From Octopus vulgaris (Eukaryota): a DNA stretch of 64,000 bases. The stretch lies in contig OX597818.1 in the NCBI GenBank assembly GCA_951406725.2, positions 496,001 through 560,000 of the forward strand. Direction: 5' to 3'. Under the pieces are notes generated by a model. It was given only the letters and a program-made list of their open reading frames with translations. It ran no database searches and was not told where the DNA came from. Position numbers and translations under genes: made by a program. Of the stretch, positions 1 to 12,944 are shown in pieces (within the stretch, counting starts at the first letter, position 1; each line of letters begins with the position of its first letter).

Positions 1-1619
1 AGTGTAAAGAAACAATGATTAAGTCAATTAATAATGAGATTAATGAAGGTTATGATGATGATGAGGAAGAATCCTTTTTAATTGTGCAAATTTAATCCAT
101 TCGTAAACTGTTCCTTAACACATGGCCAAATCCTTCTCCACTCACTAGTTTTGGATGCATTTTAATTGAATAAACATGTACAGATCCTTGGCTGTCTGTA
201 GTAGCCTTCACTGTGTTGCAAACGTTTCCTCTCCTCTTAAGTCTTGTTACTACAGATGGTCATCAGCTGATATACAAAAATAACGTCAGTCTGATCAATG
301 TAACAAGTGTGAAAGACACTGACCAAGTAACCTTTAGCTACATCAATCTCACTTGTGTACAAGGGCCATTGCAGGATGTACTGACCCTCTTCACTGCATT
401 AATTTGTAATAAAAAAAGTTTAAAAAATTTTTTGGGGAATTGTATTACTAGAATTTCTTACGTGAAAAAAATAAGGTAAAACTTATAGTTTAGATTCTAA
501 AGATAAAACCTAGGTGAAAAATATTATTAGTATTTTGAAAAATTAATTTATATGAAAAAATAAAACAAAACAAACAATCTAATTTTCATATCACGATATT
601 ACCACACGATATATCACGATATTGCCACACTATAGCATCATCTTTAACAATTTATAGAGACGTTGATAATATTTTTGAAAGAAAGTTTAAGTTTACTCCA
701 ATATAAGTAAAAGAGTAAAGAGTATAAACAATAAAAGCCTTACTTTGTTGTAGCCTTCAAATAACACAACTTGAAAGTTTATGAAAATATTTTGAGTAAG
801 ATTTATTTAGCAACTTAATTTTTTTTTTAATCAGAAGATTAAATCTGAAATTAAAATTTTAAATTAATGCACGCGTTTTTAAAATAAAATGTACCGAAAA
901 CCAGATTCTCGATTTTAAAAAAAAGTGGGCGACTAGGCACATGGGAGATAATTCAATAATTTTTCATTGAGTAAAACATAGTTACTCCCCTTCTAACATA
1001 AGGTTCTAGGTAAATTCCACCGCGGTAATTCCAACCACGGAAAATTCCACCAGGTAAATTTCACCATAGGTAAATTCCACCGCGGTATATTCCACTCATG
1101 GACAGACTTCCAGTATAAGCTGCTCGCGCTAATAATCACCGTGGTCAGTTTCTCTAGACCGGGAGTCAATACCTATGTTATTTAATCTGTCTTTCAAGTC
1201 TTAAGGAGAGAGAGACAGAGAGAGTGAGAGACAAACCGAAAGAGAGAGAGAGAGAGAGACAGAGAGAGTGAGAGACAAACCGAAAGAGAGAGAGAGAGAG
1301 AGAGTGTGTCTGAAGGTGAGATAGAAAATAACCTTTATAATCCACTTGAATTGAGATGGGATCATTTTAATGTATTCCCATCAAGCAAGAATCTATGAAA
1401 AAGACTCATCACACAATTTCAAAAATAATATAATTTGGGATAAAGAAAGAAAAGATTAAATTTTAGTACACATTTTATTATAACAATAGGATAAAAAATA
1501 ACAGCGAGTACATTGTGAAGCAGAGTTAGGATAGGAAAGTTTAATTTATTAAAAGAAAATTTCTTAGGACAAATTGTGTGCAATACAAATAGGAGAGAGT
1601 TTACATTTTGATATTCCTG

Positions 1620-2513
1620 AATTAGCTTCTTTAGTCGTACATCAATAATTTGATAGGTCTTCTGTCGAATGTGTGCAATTTTTGTCTGGCTTAATCCTTC
1701 CTCAGCTTTAAGGGAAGTACATAGTTTCCACAAATTTGGATGTGTGGATGTTAGTGATGAGCACAAGGCATTGTTGAACCCTTCTAAAGAATTATTTGAT
1801 CTTGGTAAGTCCTTTAGGATGCGATCACTTACATTCCAGAGTTGTATAGGAAAATGTGGGATTTCTCTTTGCTGACGAGAATCGCAACCCCTTACAATCC
1901 CAATCTCAAAATAGCTGAAAAACTCAGAATGGATGTCTTCATCATCAGACAAATCTTCAAATACATTGACAACGTCTTCAAATGGTAAAAATGCTAAAGC
2001 ACAAAAGCACTTAATTTTAAGCTGAAAACTTTCATCTGTGTTGTATCTCATACTCTCACCAAGTGCACATATCTTCTGCCAACAAGACTGTCCGAGATGA
2101 AAAACACACGCAACTACTTCTGAATACGGAAATGGAGAATCAAATACATTATCGAGAGCTTTTTCAAAGTCCATGAGACAGGTTACATACAGGTTGACAA
2201 TTTGGTCTTAAATCACGCACAGAAGACAGAAGATGATGATATGAGGCTTCTTTTCTGTTGGGAAGGCAAATAGTTGGGGCAGACAAGAACTTCCAGTGAT
2301 GATGTATAGTGTCACTAACTGACTCCACGAACTAGGAGATACATTGAAAGTGCCATAACAGGCCCAATTCTTAGAGCTTTCTAGATCATCCAAGCCTTTT
2401 TCTGAGTCAAAAACTAAAATTCTGTCTGGATCATCAATGCCACAGTCAAAGACCAAAAACAAGGACCCATCTTCTAAATATTTAACTGTATCAGGAATTT
2501 CAAATCCTGACAT
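1620..2513 (-). pseudogene. MULE DDE transposase remnant, frameshifted
   Basis: ORFs 2208-2513 and 1419-2174 carry MULE motifs: W..(D>Y)GTF..P...QL.T, DFEKAL, CVFHLGQS (CxxH) and RSNNSLEGFN. The first catalytic Asp is mutated and the frame is split. Confidence 0.85.
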
Positions 2514-3470
2514 ACAAATTCAACGTGCTGGAATCCCTGATCTAGTTATCTATGTTACGTGAAAGTCCTGCTCTAGTTATCTACGTTATGTGAAAGTCCA
2601 GAGATGGTTTGCAACCATGATTTTGTTTCCTCATTGAGATTTTGTACAGCAGTAGGAATTAAAGATCTAGTCTTTCTCATTCACAAAATAAGCACCACCA
2701 CCCTTAATTTTGCTCAGACTGCTTTCAATTTTGGTTTATCGATACAACTCTGAATTTTGATTACAATCAACCAATTACTTTATCTTGTAAATTAAAGAAT
2801 TTGATGTTATTTGGAATTAAAGTTGGGAAATGTGGGTAATTTTAGCCAATCAACAGACAGTGTAACATTAGCAACTTGTTACCATAACAACCGCATGCTG
2901 TGTTGTGGTTCACTGTTGTCTGTACCGCTGTTGTCTATGTTGATTTTTCACACTTGATTCTTCACACCACGAGATTCTTTTCACCCGCATATTTTGTTTT
3001 AATTTTTCTACATTAGTATATTACATAATTTTCTCTTTGTGTGTTAGTATTTTTCAGTGTGATAGTATTCTTACATATTTTTCATTTCCTATATCATTGG
3101 GACTCATTGACTCACATGGCTAGATTTATGATTTCACTGGGTTAATTCTATTCATAGAAATTCAAACTAGCAGTATCTCTTAAACTGCTAGCTTTACATT
3201 TCAACAGCTTAACTGAAATTTAGTCCACATAACAGGAACTGAGAAGGATATCATGGAACAGAGAAACTGTGGGTGATACAGATAATTTGACATTATTTTT
3301 GAATTCTGCATGCAAAAACGTTTAAGATATAGGTATTCTTCTCTTTGGGACAAATTCTTTGTTGATCAGTGTTATTCTTATCGTAGTTTAAAAATCCAAG
3401 CATGAAAATGTTACTCAACTTTGGAGTTTTGGAGACAGACGTCACCTTTCACACACACACACATGCACTT

Positions 3471-3803
3471 CATCATCATCATCATCATCATCGTTTAACG
3501 TCCGTTTTCCGTGCTAGCACGGGTTGGACAGTTCGACTGGGGTCTGGGGAGCCAGGGGCTGCCCCAGGCTCCAGTCTGATCTGGCAGTGTTTCTACAGCT
3601 GGATGCCCTTCCTAACGCCAACCACTCCGCGAGTGTAGTGGGTGCTTTTTACGTGCCACCTGCACAGGTACCAGAGGGGTCTGGCATCAGCCACAATCGG
3701 TTGGTGCTTTTTTATGTGCCACCGGCACAGAAGCCAGTCAAGGCGGTGCTGGCATCGGCCACGTTCGGATGGTGCTTTTTATGTGCCCCCGGCACAGAAG
3801 CCA
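3471..3803 (-). mobile_element. RTE-type 3' tail fragment with (GAT)n tail, nested inside the MULE
   Basis: Reverse complement of the TTGGCGTTAGGAAGGGCATCCAGCTGTAGAA...GGACGTTAAAC(GAT)n tail that ends the RTE LINE at 62820-63015. Contains internal GTGCCACCGGCAC-type repeats. Confidence 0.8.
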
Positions 3804-4005
3804 TTTCTTTGTATGATTGTTCCTTAATTATTTTTTCTCCCTTGTGTTTTTTGTATTCATTGACATTATTGATATTATTTTTTATGCATTCTTTTTTTAT
3901 TTCCATAATATTGTAACTAATATAATAATAATTTCACTTATGGTGAAATTTACCATGGTGGAATATACCGTGGTGAAATTTACCTGGTGGAATTTACCAG
4001 TTACC

Positions 4006-4333
4006 ATTTCGACTATAGATGCAAGGTCAGAAATCAGGAGATTAGTTGATTACATTGACCCCCAGTACTTGACCAGCATTTTATTTTATCACACCCCACT
4101 CCCCGAAGGATAAAGACAAAACTGATTCCAGCAGGATTTGCGCTCAGTGCATAAGGAACCAAAATAAATACCGTATGGAATTATTAGATTATTCATGAGA
4201 ACTGCACATTGTAGTTTAGACTAAATGGCTGAGTATTATTCCAGAGACATTTGTACTCCTAATATCATTCAGGCAAAATCAGTATGATACTGCATGTGAC
4301 AGATGGGCTCCATAAAACCCAAAGTTCATTTTT

Positions 4334-4387
<54 letters not shown>

Positions 4388-6450
4388 GCAGCAGCAGCAG
4401 TAGCAGTAGTAGTAGTAGTAGTAATTCTTTATGAAGACTGTCACATTTGTGGGGAAGAGAGCTAGCCGATTACATCAACCCCAGTACTTGACTGACACTT
4501 ATTTTATCGAACACAAAACAATGAAATGTTAAGTTGACCTCGGCAGAATTTGAACTCAGAATGTAATGGGTTAGAAGAAATACAAAACATTTTGTTCAAA
4601 GCTCTAACAGTTGTGCCAGTTGGCCACCTTAACAACAATAATACTCTTTTCTTCTATAGGCACAAGGCCTGAAATGCTGGAGGAGGAAGCTAGTCGATTA
4701 CATCAATCCCAGTGTTCAACTGGTACAATTTAGGTCCTAACTGTCAAATGATGAAGAACCATCCATACATACATCCATGTGAGTGTGTGCACGTGCGTGC
4801 GTGCATGTGTAGTATGGTGCTTTCCATTTCCAAGTTAATATTTTCTGCCAACATTCACTTTCTCTCATTTATAGTTGGGTCACTTCACTCAACTCTTTAC
4901 ACATACTACCACATAGAATTGGGTTCTTTACCTCATTACCAATTTCTATTCCCTGTTGGAACTGATTCTGTTATGTCAGTGGTTTTATGCAAATTATGTA
5001 ACGGGTTGGGAGGTGGAGTTGGGGATTGAGAATGAAGAAACAGTGTACAGAGGAGAGCCGGGGGGGGGGGGGCTGGAAGAAATGAATTGGAAGTAAAATA
5101 ACATGAAACAGAACAGATGTCAATAAGACAAGAGTCAGAGGGGTGCAAATAGAGAGATAGTGTAGGAAGTTGAACAAACCAGGGAGAGAGGGAGAAACAA
5201 AAAGAGAGTTGCAAGAATAGTAGAGGAATGGGTTGAAGAAAATCGAATAACAAAGGTAGAAATATGATGGGGGAAGGAATCAGAATGTGCATGGGGTGGG
5301 GGTGATAAAAGAAGTAAGTGTCCCCAGGTGACAAACTTGAGATACAAATACGACTTCTCACTTTATAGAGAGATTTTTTTAATAGAAACATTGACATTTT
5401 ATGGCTAGTGAATTTATCCCATCCATCAGATGCATTACAATCAAGGCATGAACACCATAACACACACTTTCCACTTCCATCTAATACTCCATGCTTAATT
5501 AGAAAATAGTGTTTCTAATTTAGACACAAGGCTAGCAATTTTCTGAAGTGTGGTTTAGTCAATACTTCAATCCTAGTACTTGACTGGCACCTTATTTTAT
5601 GGGAGGACGAAAGGCAAAGACAACTTCATAAAAACAACAGTCCTTCATATTATAGATACAAGGCCTGAAATTTTGGGAGAAATATCAACCCCAGTGCTTG
5701 ACTGGTACTTAATTTACTGAGCCCAAAAGTTAACCTCAGCAGAATTTCAACTCAGAATGTAAAGACAAAGGAAATGTCACTACGCATTTTGTCAAGCAAG
5801 CTAATAATTCTACCAGCTTGCCACCTTAACAACAATAATAGTCATAATAATAATCCTTTCTTATTTTAGCACAAGGCCTGCAATTTTGAGGAGTCAGAAA
5901 GTGAATTACATCGACCCCAGTGCTCAACTAGTACTTATTTTATCCACCTTGAAAGGATGAAAGGCAAAGTTGATCTCAGCAGCATTTTGTCCAATGTGCT
6001 ACTGATTCTGCCAGCTTACCACCTTAATAATAATAAGTTTCAAATTTTGGCACAAGGCCAGCAACTCTAGGGAAGGATAAGTCAATAACATTGACTTTAG
6101 TGCTCGACTGGTACTTATTTTATTGACCCTGGTGGCATTTGAAGACTCTACATTCAAATGTTGTCACAAAGCATTTATTCTGGTGCAGTAATGATTCTGC
6201 CAGTTTGCTGCCTTTTTTAAAAATCCAATCAGATACAAAGGGTCAGAGCATGAAATTGTGACACAAACCCACATCTCCTGTAAGCATGACAGACATTCTA
6301 CCAATAGATCAAAGCAATCATTCAATAATAATAACAACAACAATGGTTTCTGATTAGGCATAAAACTAGCAATTCTGAAGGGAATGGTTGTGTCAATGCC
6401 ATCATCCAGTATTTGATTGGTATTTATTTTGACCCTAGAAGGATGAAAGT
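4006..6450 (-). mobile_element. Head-to-tail cluster of ~8 degenerate tRNA-derived SINE copies (Deu/Nin-like central domain) separated by (AAT)n; interrupted by other sequence at ~4740-5500
   Basis: Repeated motif ...CCCCAGTGCTCAACTGGTACTTATTTTAT.GACC..GAAAGGATGAAAGGCAAAGT...GAATTTGAACTCAG (reverse of a B box plus GCCTTTCATCC...GATAAAATAAGTACC) at ~4010, 4430, 4650, 5520, 5650, 5860, 6040 and 6350. Confidence 0.75.
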
Positions 6451-7677
6451 AAATATACAAGTAGTGTTATATTCTGTTATTATTCCTCCCAGGTAAATAT
6501 TACACAGTTAATATTAACATACTAAAAATGTTAGATTAAACATGCTTCTAAAATATAACTGACATGATTGTACTTGACATGTCCATCTCCACCTTTCACC
6601 CTTCCAAACAATCTTTATATAATTTGACTTCATAAGTCAAATTATTTTACCATTCATTATTTATTGTAGAGGAAGAACACAAAACTCTCAATATCAGACA
6701 ATTGTTATTAATACTGTTAGATATTTTATCCTAGCTGAAGAACATCGGAACTACAAAGAAAGTAACTGGAAAGCAAAATAGCATCCAGTTACTGCACTGC
6801 CAAAATTTAACTTTGGTCATTCTTCCTGTCATTTTCAACCCAATCTGGGGGATTCTATCAAAGAGTTCTTTTATTGGTAAAGACCAATATTTTGTTCTCA
6901 TATAATTCTTTATGTCCATGCTTCCACTACATTTGCATGGTTATACGCTTTAATAAACCTGTACCTCCCTTAGAACAACCAAATGTTCAATTTTTGTTCG
7001 TAAATTACAAGTCAGATCCTATTCTCACAATTCCATGAGTACCATTTTACAGACATTTACCTGACTGTCAAGAATTAATACTTGTAAACTCAATACTGCA
7101 AATTAGATATTCTTCGGGCTTAACTAATGATTACTTTGTTCTTCTTTAATATAACTGAAACCCACATTAGGGTCTCAAATGTCATACTTACCTGGATTAC
7201 CAGAAAATTGAGTTTAAAAACCTAAGAGATACTCTTTTATTTGTTTCAGAGTTTAATAAGAGTTTAGTTTAATAAGAGTTTAGTTAAACAAATCAACCCC
7301 AGTATTTTAAGTTTGGTTTTTATTGTAGTAGATGTTTGTTTTTGCCATGCCACTAAGTTACAGGGACATATACAGAACAATGCCAGTTATCAAGCATTGG
7401 AGAAAACAGATACAAACAGACAAACACAAATATATTCATAGGTATAATATTGATTTTCTGGAGCCTTTAGTTCCAAAGCCTTAAAATCAATTGTATGCGT
7501 TTTTTAATTAAAAGGTACTAAAAACCAAATTCTTGATAAAAAATGGCTGATCTTTCTGAACCAGGGACGGTCACCTTGGTCAACAAACACTAAATTAAAC
7601 AAATATTTAGCTTACTTGAACCATTAAATGAAACACAGAAATTAAATGAAATGAAATACCTGTACATTAATGTAAAT

Positions 7678-7905
7678 CAGTGGCTCTCAGCCATTTTTTT
7701 TTCTATGGACCCCTTTGATTCCTATTTTACTTGGATAGACACCCATAGTCATTCAATGTTTTAAAATTCCTATTACATTTTTATAATTAAATATTGTTAG
7801 GAATTGTGTGAAAAATTCCTAAAATATTTTGTGTATTGTAGAAGTATATCCAATTTATTGCACATAAATTTTATATGGACCCCCAAAAGCCATATGAACC
7901 CTGCC
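7678..7905. mobile_element. Degenerate hAT-type MITE fragment
   Basis: Begins CAGTGGCTCTCAGCC, similar to the CAGTGGTTCTCAACC ends of hAT MITEs, and has a repeated ATGGACCCC motif. Right TIR not clearly preserved. Confidence 0.4.
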
Positions 7906-8236
7906 TGTGTAAATTATAAGAGATTCCAGTCCATAAGTGTCTGGAAAATCAGTGTTGTACCTGTATACACAGCTTCCACACAATTTTCATCTACAATTCA
8001 CTCACTAAATATTACTCGGCCTGAGATCATAAGAGAAGACATTTGTTCATGGTGCAGGGCAGAAAAACTGAACTTCAAATTATATGTTTGCAAAGCTAGT
8101 TTCTATGAAGACATCATCTTTCCTAAATACAAATGGCAAAGATGTCTACATCAATGTCCAAACAACCCAATACATTATAGTAGATATTACAAGATGACAA
8201 TCAATTTAATATGTTGTTTAGTTAATTGCAACTTAC

Positions 8237-8357
8237 CTTCATTTAGAGATAATAATGTTACTGCAGTAGAGAGCCGTCCACTGCCAAGACTAACTAGATG
8301 AGGTTTCTCTGAATGAACCTTGTATGCTGACCCAGCTTCAGTGACTTCCAGCTGGTC
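8237..8357 (-). CDS. PHLDB1: Internal coding exon of a PHLDB1/LL5-like gene (pleckstrin homology-like domain family B), start of the N-terminal FHA domain
   Basis: Translates DQLEVTEAGSAYKVHSEKPHLVSLGSGRLSTAVTLLSLNE(G). I recognise this as the PHLDB1 motif KVQTDKPHLVSLGSGRLSTAITLLPLEEG. Flanked by acceptor ...ttttgtacAG and donor GAAG|GTAAGT; 121 nt, phase 0 to phase 1. No other certain exons found in the window. Confidence 0.88.
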
Positions 8358-9445
8358 CTGTACAAAATGAAAATATATTAGATTAATAATGAAAACAGCT
8401 TTAGCAAACAACTACATACAGTTACATAACAAGCTTGTGGTGAAAATATAGTAATGTAAGCAGCTAAACACACACACACACACAGTTATATAGCCACCAT
8501 GTTGCTGAACATACAATGTTATAGCCATATATGCACAGCAGTCACTTGCTAACAAGTATAAACTGGTAGCTTGTACCATGATTTCACAAATTGTTTTAGG
8601 TGTCTACATAATCAAGAAGCAGACATCCTCTCAACTTATTTTTGACTCTGCAGAGCATCAAGGATGTGGCAGCTAGAGGGAAAACAAGGCTCCACCAGCA
8701 TTCAGCTGGTCCTTATTTAAAGCTGAAGCAATGTGAAACAATACCCTTTGCAGAAGGATATAGAACACCACCTGATCCAGGAACTGAAACCACAACTTTA
8801 TGAGTGTAAAGCCAAACCTTGACCACTAGGCTACACACCTTCAATAAGTACGAATGATGGAATAAAAATGTTTAAAGCAACAAAACACAGGGATATATGT
8901 TAGCAAGGGTATTCAGTTATGGCTCCTTAAGATCTAAGTTCAAATCTCATTGAGGTCAACTTGAAATCTTTCATCCTCCCTACAAATCATCCTAGATATA
9001 TTAAGCATGTCATCACCCTCTTAACTATCTGTTTTTCATGCAGAAGGTAACCCAAGTCTAGTCCAAGTTTGCACAAGAAATATCATTAAGTCCATTGTTC
9101 TATTTACCAGAGAAGAAAATATACAAACACTAACACTGTTGCATTCCTAATACTAACACTACTGTCTCAGTACATCTAGCAAAAGAAAAAAAAAAAAAAA
9201 AAAAAGTACCATGGCGTTTCAAATATCCACTGGACAAGTACTTTGGTATTTTGACCTACTGGCTACAAATTATCCACTGTGCTTCCAATGTCAGTATTTA
9301 ATCATTATTCATTGTTGGATAATTCTGCTTAGAAAAGACCACACCAATTAGCCGCTTCTATCATAGTTGCCTTTGGGGCAGGTAACAAGACAGATTCAAT
9401 GTATTCTGTGTTATCACTATCTGACAATGGTACATACTGAAAGCT

Positions 9446-9605
9446 ACAAACTATGGTAGACACCAACAGCTACAACCTGCTCATTATCTCAGAAAGCAGA
9501 ATTTTACAGATGTTCAGCAGGTGTAACAAACTCTGGTAGACGCCCACAGCTACAATCTACACATTATCTCAGAAAGCAGAATTTTACAAACATTCAGCAG
9601 GTGTA
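9446..9605. repeat. Tandem duplication, 80-bp period, 2 copies
   Basis: TGGTAGAC..C.ACAGCTACAA.CT...CATTATCTCAGAAAGCAGAATTTTACA at 9454 and 9534. Confidence 0.85.
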
Positions 9606-10387
9606 CTGGAAACATACAGGGATGAGTAAAATTAATGATTTTGTGGTTAATTAATGATTTCTAACATTGACACAAGCTAACAAGTTTAGGGGAAGAGGTT
9701 AAAATTGATTATAAAGATCTTAATACTTGACTGGTATATTTTATTGACCCTAGACAGATGAATGAGATAACTGGCCCAAGAGTAGTTTAAATTCAGAGTG
9801 CAGGGATCACAAAAAAAAAAGCACAAGTTTTTTTTTTTTTTTTTTTTTTTTTTAAATATAAATTCTATAAAAAAGATTCAGCTGCAAGAGTAGATAAAAT
9901 TAAGTGACAAGAATTTTTACAATGAACACAGATAATGTAAAGCTATCTCCTTCATAGGAAGTTTCTGTTGACTTTTGACAGCTTTATAGAGACACTACCC
10001 TGTCATATATCTCACAAGAGGACAAACTAATATAATAAAAGTAGCAGGGAACACACAGAGAAGTACAGACACCATTGCTGGGTGGACATAAAAACTGTGT
10101 CCACATAACTTACAGGTGTATACTTCACTCTCCTTGATAACATAGTTCATGCTACTTGAGGGTAGCATAAAACATCTACATATCATTAAGTATGTATGTA
10201 CACATAAGTGTGTGAGCATATATATATATATATATGAAGCTGTGTAATATGTATGCAAATACATGTGTCTGCATTTATGAGTAGGTGTGTATGTGTGTAT
10301 ATAGTTGTGTCTCTACATACATGTGTGTATATTATGTATATGTTTGTAGTTATGCATGCACATACAGATAAGTGTATGTATACATAA

Positions 10388-10430
<43 letters not shown>

Positions 10431-10538
10431 GCTATGTTTTATAAGCAGTATGTGTATGCAGTTGTATGAGTAGGTATTTGTGTGTACACACTCAAACATA
10501 GTAACTATGACTGAAGCAGTCAAGAAATCCTCACTCAC

Positions 10539-10550
10539 CCATCTCATCCA
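10539..10550 (-). CDS. Candidate 12-nt microexon (WMRW) of the PHLDB-like gene
   Basis: Minus strand reads cttccttttcacattcttttttttctttgggtattgacAG|TGGATGAGATGG|GTGAGT: long polypyrimidine tract, consensus donor, frame-preserving, and phase 0 like the next exon. No transcript evidence. Confidence 0.4.
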
Positions 10551-12590
10551 CTGTCAATACCCAAAGAAAAAAAAGAATGTGAAAAGGAAGTAGCCCAGCT
10601 CCTACCCTGCAAGTTGTTAACAGTATTGGGCATTGTGTATGGTAGTAGAAGTAGTAGAAGCAGTAAGGACCGAGACTGACATAGTTTAAATAGTAACCCC
10701 CCAAAAGTAGGATTATTTACATTTGAATGCAAACTGGTTGAAACAGAGACAAGAAAGGTGTATAATGGGTTGTAAAGGAAGTTTCTCAATGCTTATGGTA
10801 ATAGCCACTTTAATGTTTCAGTGGGGAGAGGAAGACAGCAGTAAGATTAGTAACATTAATTTTCTCTCTGTATATGTATGTGTGCACACAAAACATACAA
10901 ATATACATAGAATGGGTGAGAAGGTGCAACTGCAAGCAAGGAATAGACAAGCACTGCATTAGTTAGAGCTTGGAATAATCAAATTCTTAAATTCCAACTT
11001 CCTAATCAGAGTAAAGTAATCCAGCAGAAGAGTTGGCCATAAGGAACAGACAGCTTGAATGAATCATGAAGAGGTAAGAGAGAAAAAAAAACCCATAGAA
11101 GGAAAGAATTTGTTTATGAGATGTTATGTGTGTATAGAAATTTATATATGTGTAGTTATATAAATATTTATATATACTTCATATTCAAAGCTCTGATGAA
11201 GCAATAAGATGTTACCCAACCACCCAGCTATGAGTTTATTGCATCTTATAGCAGTAAAAACTGCGAGATAATGAAGTTCATAAGGTGGGGGGGGGGCACA
11301 CACCCTTGTCTCGACATTATGTAATGGTTGTAAATGAGCAGCACCATCATGCAGACAAAGTTGTTTGCCTTTATTCTTTGTTTTATTAAACATGTTCGAC
11401 CAAGAAGAAATGTTACTTTGCTTAGAAACAGATGAGCTAGTGACAAGAAGGGCATCTGGCCATAGAAAATCTGACTCAATGAATCTCATAAGACCCATGC
11501 AAGCATGGCAGAGTAGACATCAAAAAGATGATGATGATGATGCCCACACATACATGCAAATAACCACTTGATCTAATATAGTTTCAAAAAAGAACAACAT
11601 ACTTTATGAAAAAATTGCTTGCTTTCATTATTACAATAGACAAAATAACAGGTGTGGATGGTGTTGAAATGTTTTTTTTTTTTTTTTTTTTTTTTTGTTA
11701 TGACTGAGGAGGGTAGAATACTCACAGACACCAAAAGAAAACATTAAAAAAAAAGACAAATATTGAAGTGGGCAGTTAATTATGACATCATTTATGACAT
11801 TGGACAATAAATGAATTTTGATGAAGAAAAGCAGGGAAGACAACCCTTGAAATTTAAATCAAAATAAATTATACTTCTCAGACTATATGGCACCACTAAA
11901 TCCGAGGTGAGTCTGACCTTTGACTGCATGATGATAATGTGACTAAACTGCACCCTACCACACTGAACTCCATTACAATGGACCCATTACCCCACCTCCC
12001 ACTACACTGGTCCCATAGGAGTCTGACCTTTAGTAATATTGTAATAACTTTAGATATGGTTCAGTATTATTAAAATTGACTATATTTTAATTAGATGATT
12101 TAATTCATACACATACTCACTGTAAAAGTGTTGCTCTGTTAAATATGTTAATAGACACATAACTACAGTAAAGGTTAGGAAGAAATTATAACCCTCTTGA
12201 CTGACCATGTCATAGAATCTGAGAGATTCAGAGACAAACAATAACTTCAAGAATATTAATTCAAGTGAATAATTAAGGAAAGTTCGTCTGTCTTTTCTCT
12301 TTATTTCTAATTACACAACTTATTGGTTTCAATTAATAGTAAAGGAATGAATGATAGGATAAAAGAGTGGAAGACGGAATAAAAGAATCAATACTAGATG
12401 GAATGAATGATGGACTTCATATAAATGACCAATACAATATCCCTAACCATCTAACAAAGGCAGGGGGTCTCCAAGCTGTTGCTCAACATACTAGAAAGTG
12501 CAACCATTTCTCCTTCAATTCACATCTTAAGACCATATTAAAAAGATAAAAAGGATACATTGGATAGGGTAGTCCTACATATAAAATGTC

Positions 12591-12621
<31 letters not shown>

Positions 12622-12944
12622 TCACTTCTTGAATGTTTTTGATGATATGTCTATTGGATTAGGGTTAAACAATGTTATAGTCATCACTAGTTTAACATCG
12701 TTTACCATATCCTTACTATCATCTTGATGGAACCTTCAGGTACCATCTCTATCTTACTATGATTTTGGTGAAACCCTTAGCTACCCTCACTACATCTAAC
12801 CATCAGCTGCTTGGCTCCCTCAGCTACCCACTCAATATCATTTTATCATTTTCATGATTCCCTCAACAACTCTCACCCTGTCTTAACTATCATCTTGCAA
12901 AGTTCATCAGTTACATCTTATTAACAGATAAAAGATTGAGTGGT

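Larger units (their letters stand above)
1002..4005 (-). mobile_element. Decayed Mutator-like (MULE) DNA transposon with TIRs built from ~15-bp tandem units
   Basis: Left end GGTTCTAGGTAAATTCCACC followed by ~6 units of GGTAAATTYCACC (1009-1099). Right end is the inverted array, ~4 units (3941-3998), ending ...GGAATTTACCAGTTACC. Transposase remnants lie inside. Confidence 0.8.

Noticed and set aside
213-479. 88-aa plus-strand ORF and an opposite-strand open stretch, checked as the next PHLDB exon
   Set aside because: No FHA-like (IG...EHC...FRFNHP) or other recognisable sequence; the next exon probably lies left of the window.
1009-1099. Short repeats resembling a CRISPR array
   Set aside because: No unique spacers, an inverted counterpart at 3941-3998 and a eukaryotic context: these are transposon TIR subrepeats.
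7186-7225. Strong minus-strand donor CAG|GTAAGT with a possible 30-nt exon
   Set aside because: In phase 1 after the FHA exon it reads GGT TTT TAA (stop), and the acceptor is poor.
7804-8301. 165-aa plus-strand ORF overlapping the PHLDB exon antisense
   Set aside because: Runs through MITE and SINE remnants, with a TTG start and no recognisable domain.
12115-12145. Possible 15-nt microexon (SNTFT; aacAG|...ACA|GTGAGT) on the minus strand
   Set aside because: Weak polypyrimidine tract and weak exonic donor bases; expected by chance in 64 kb.
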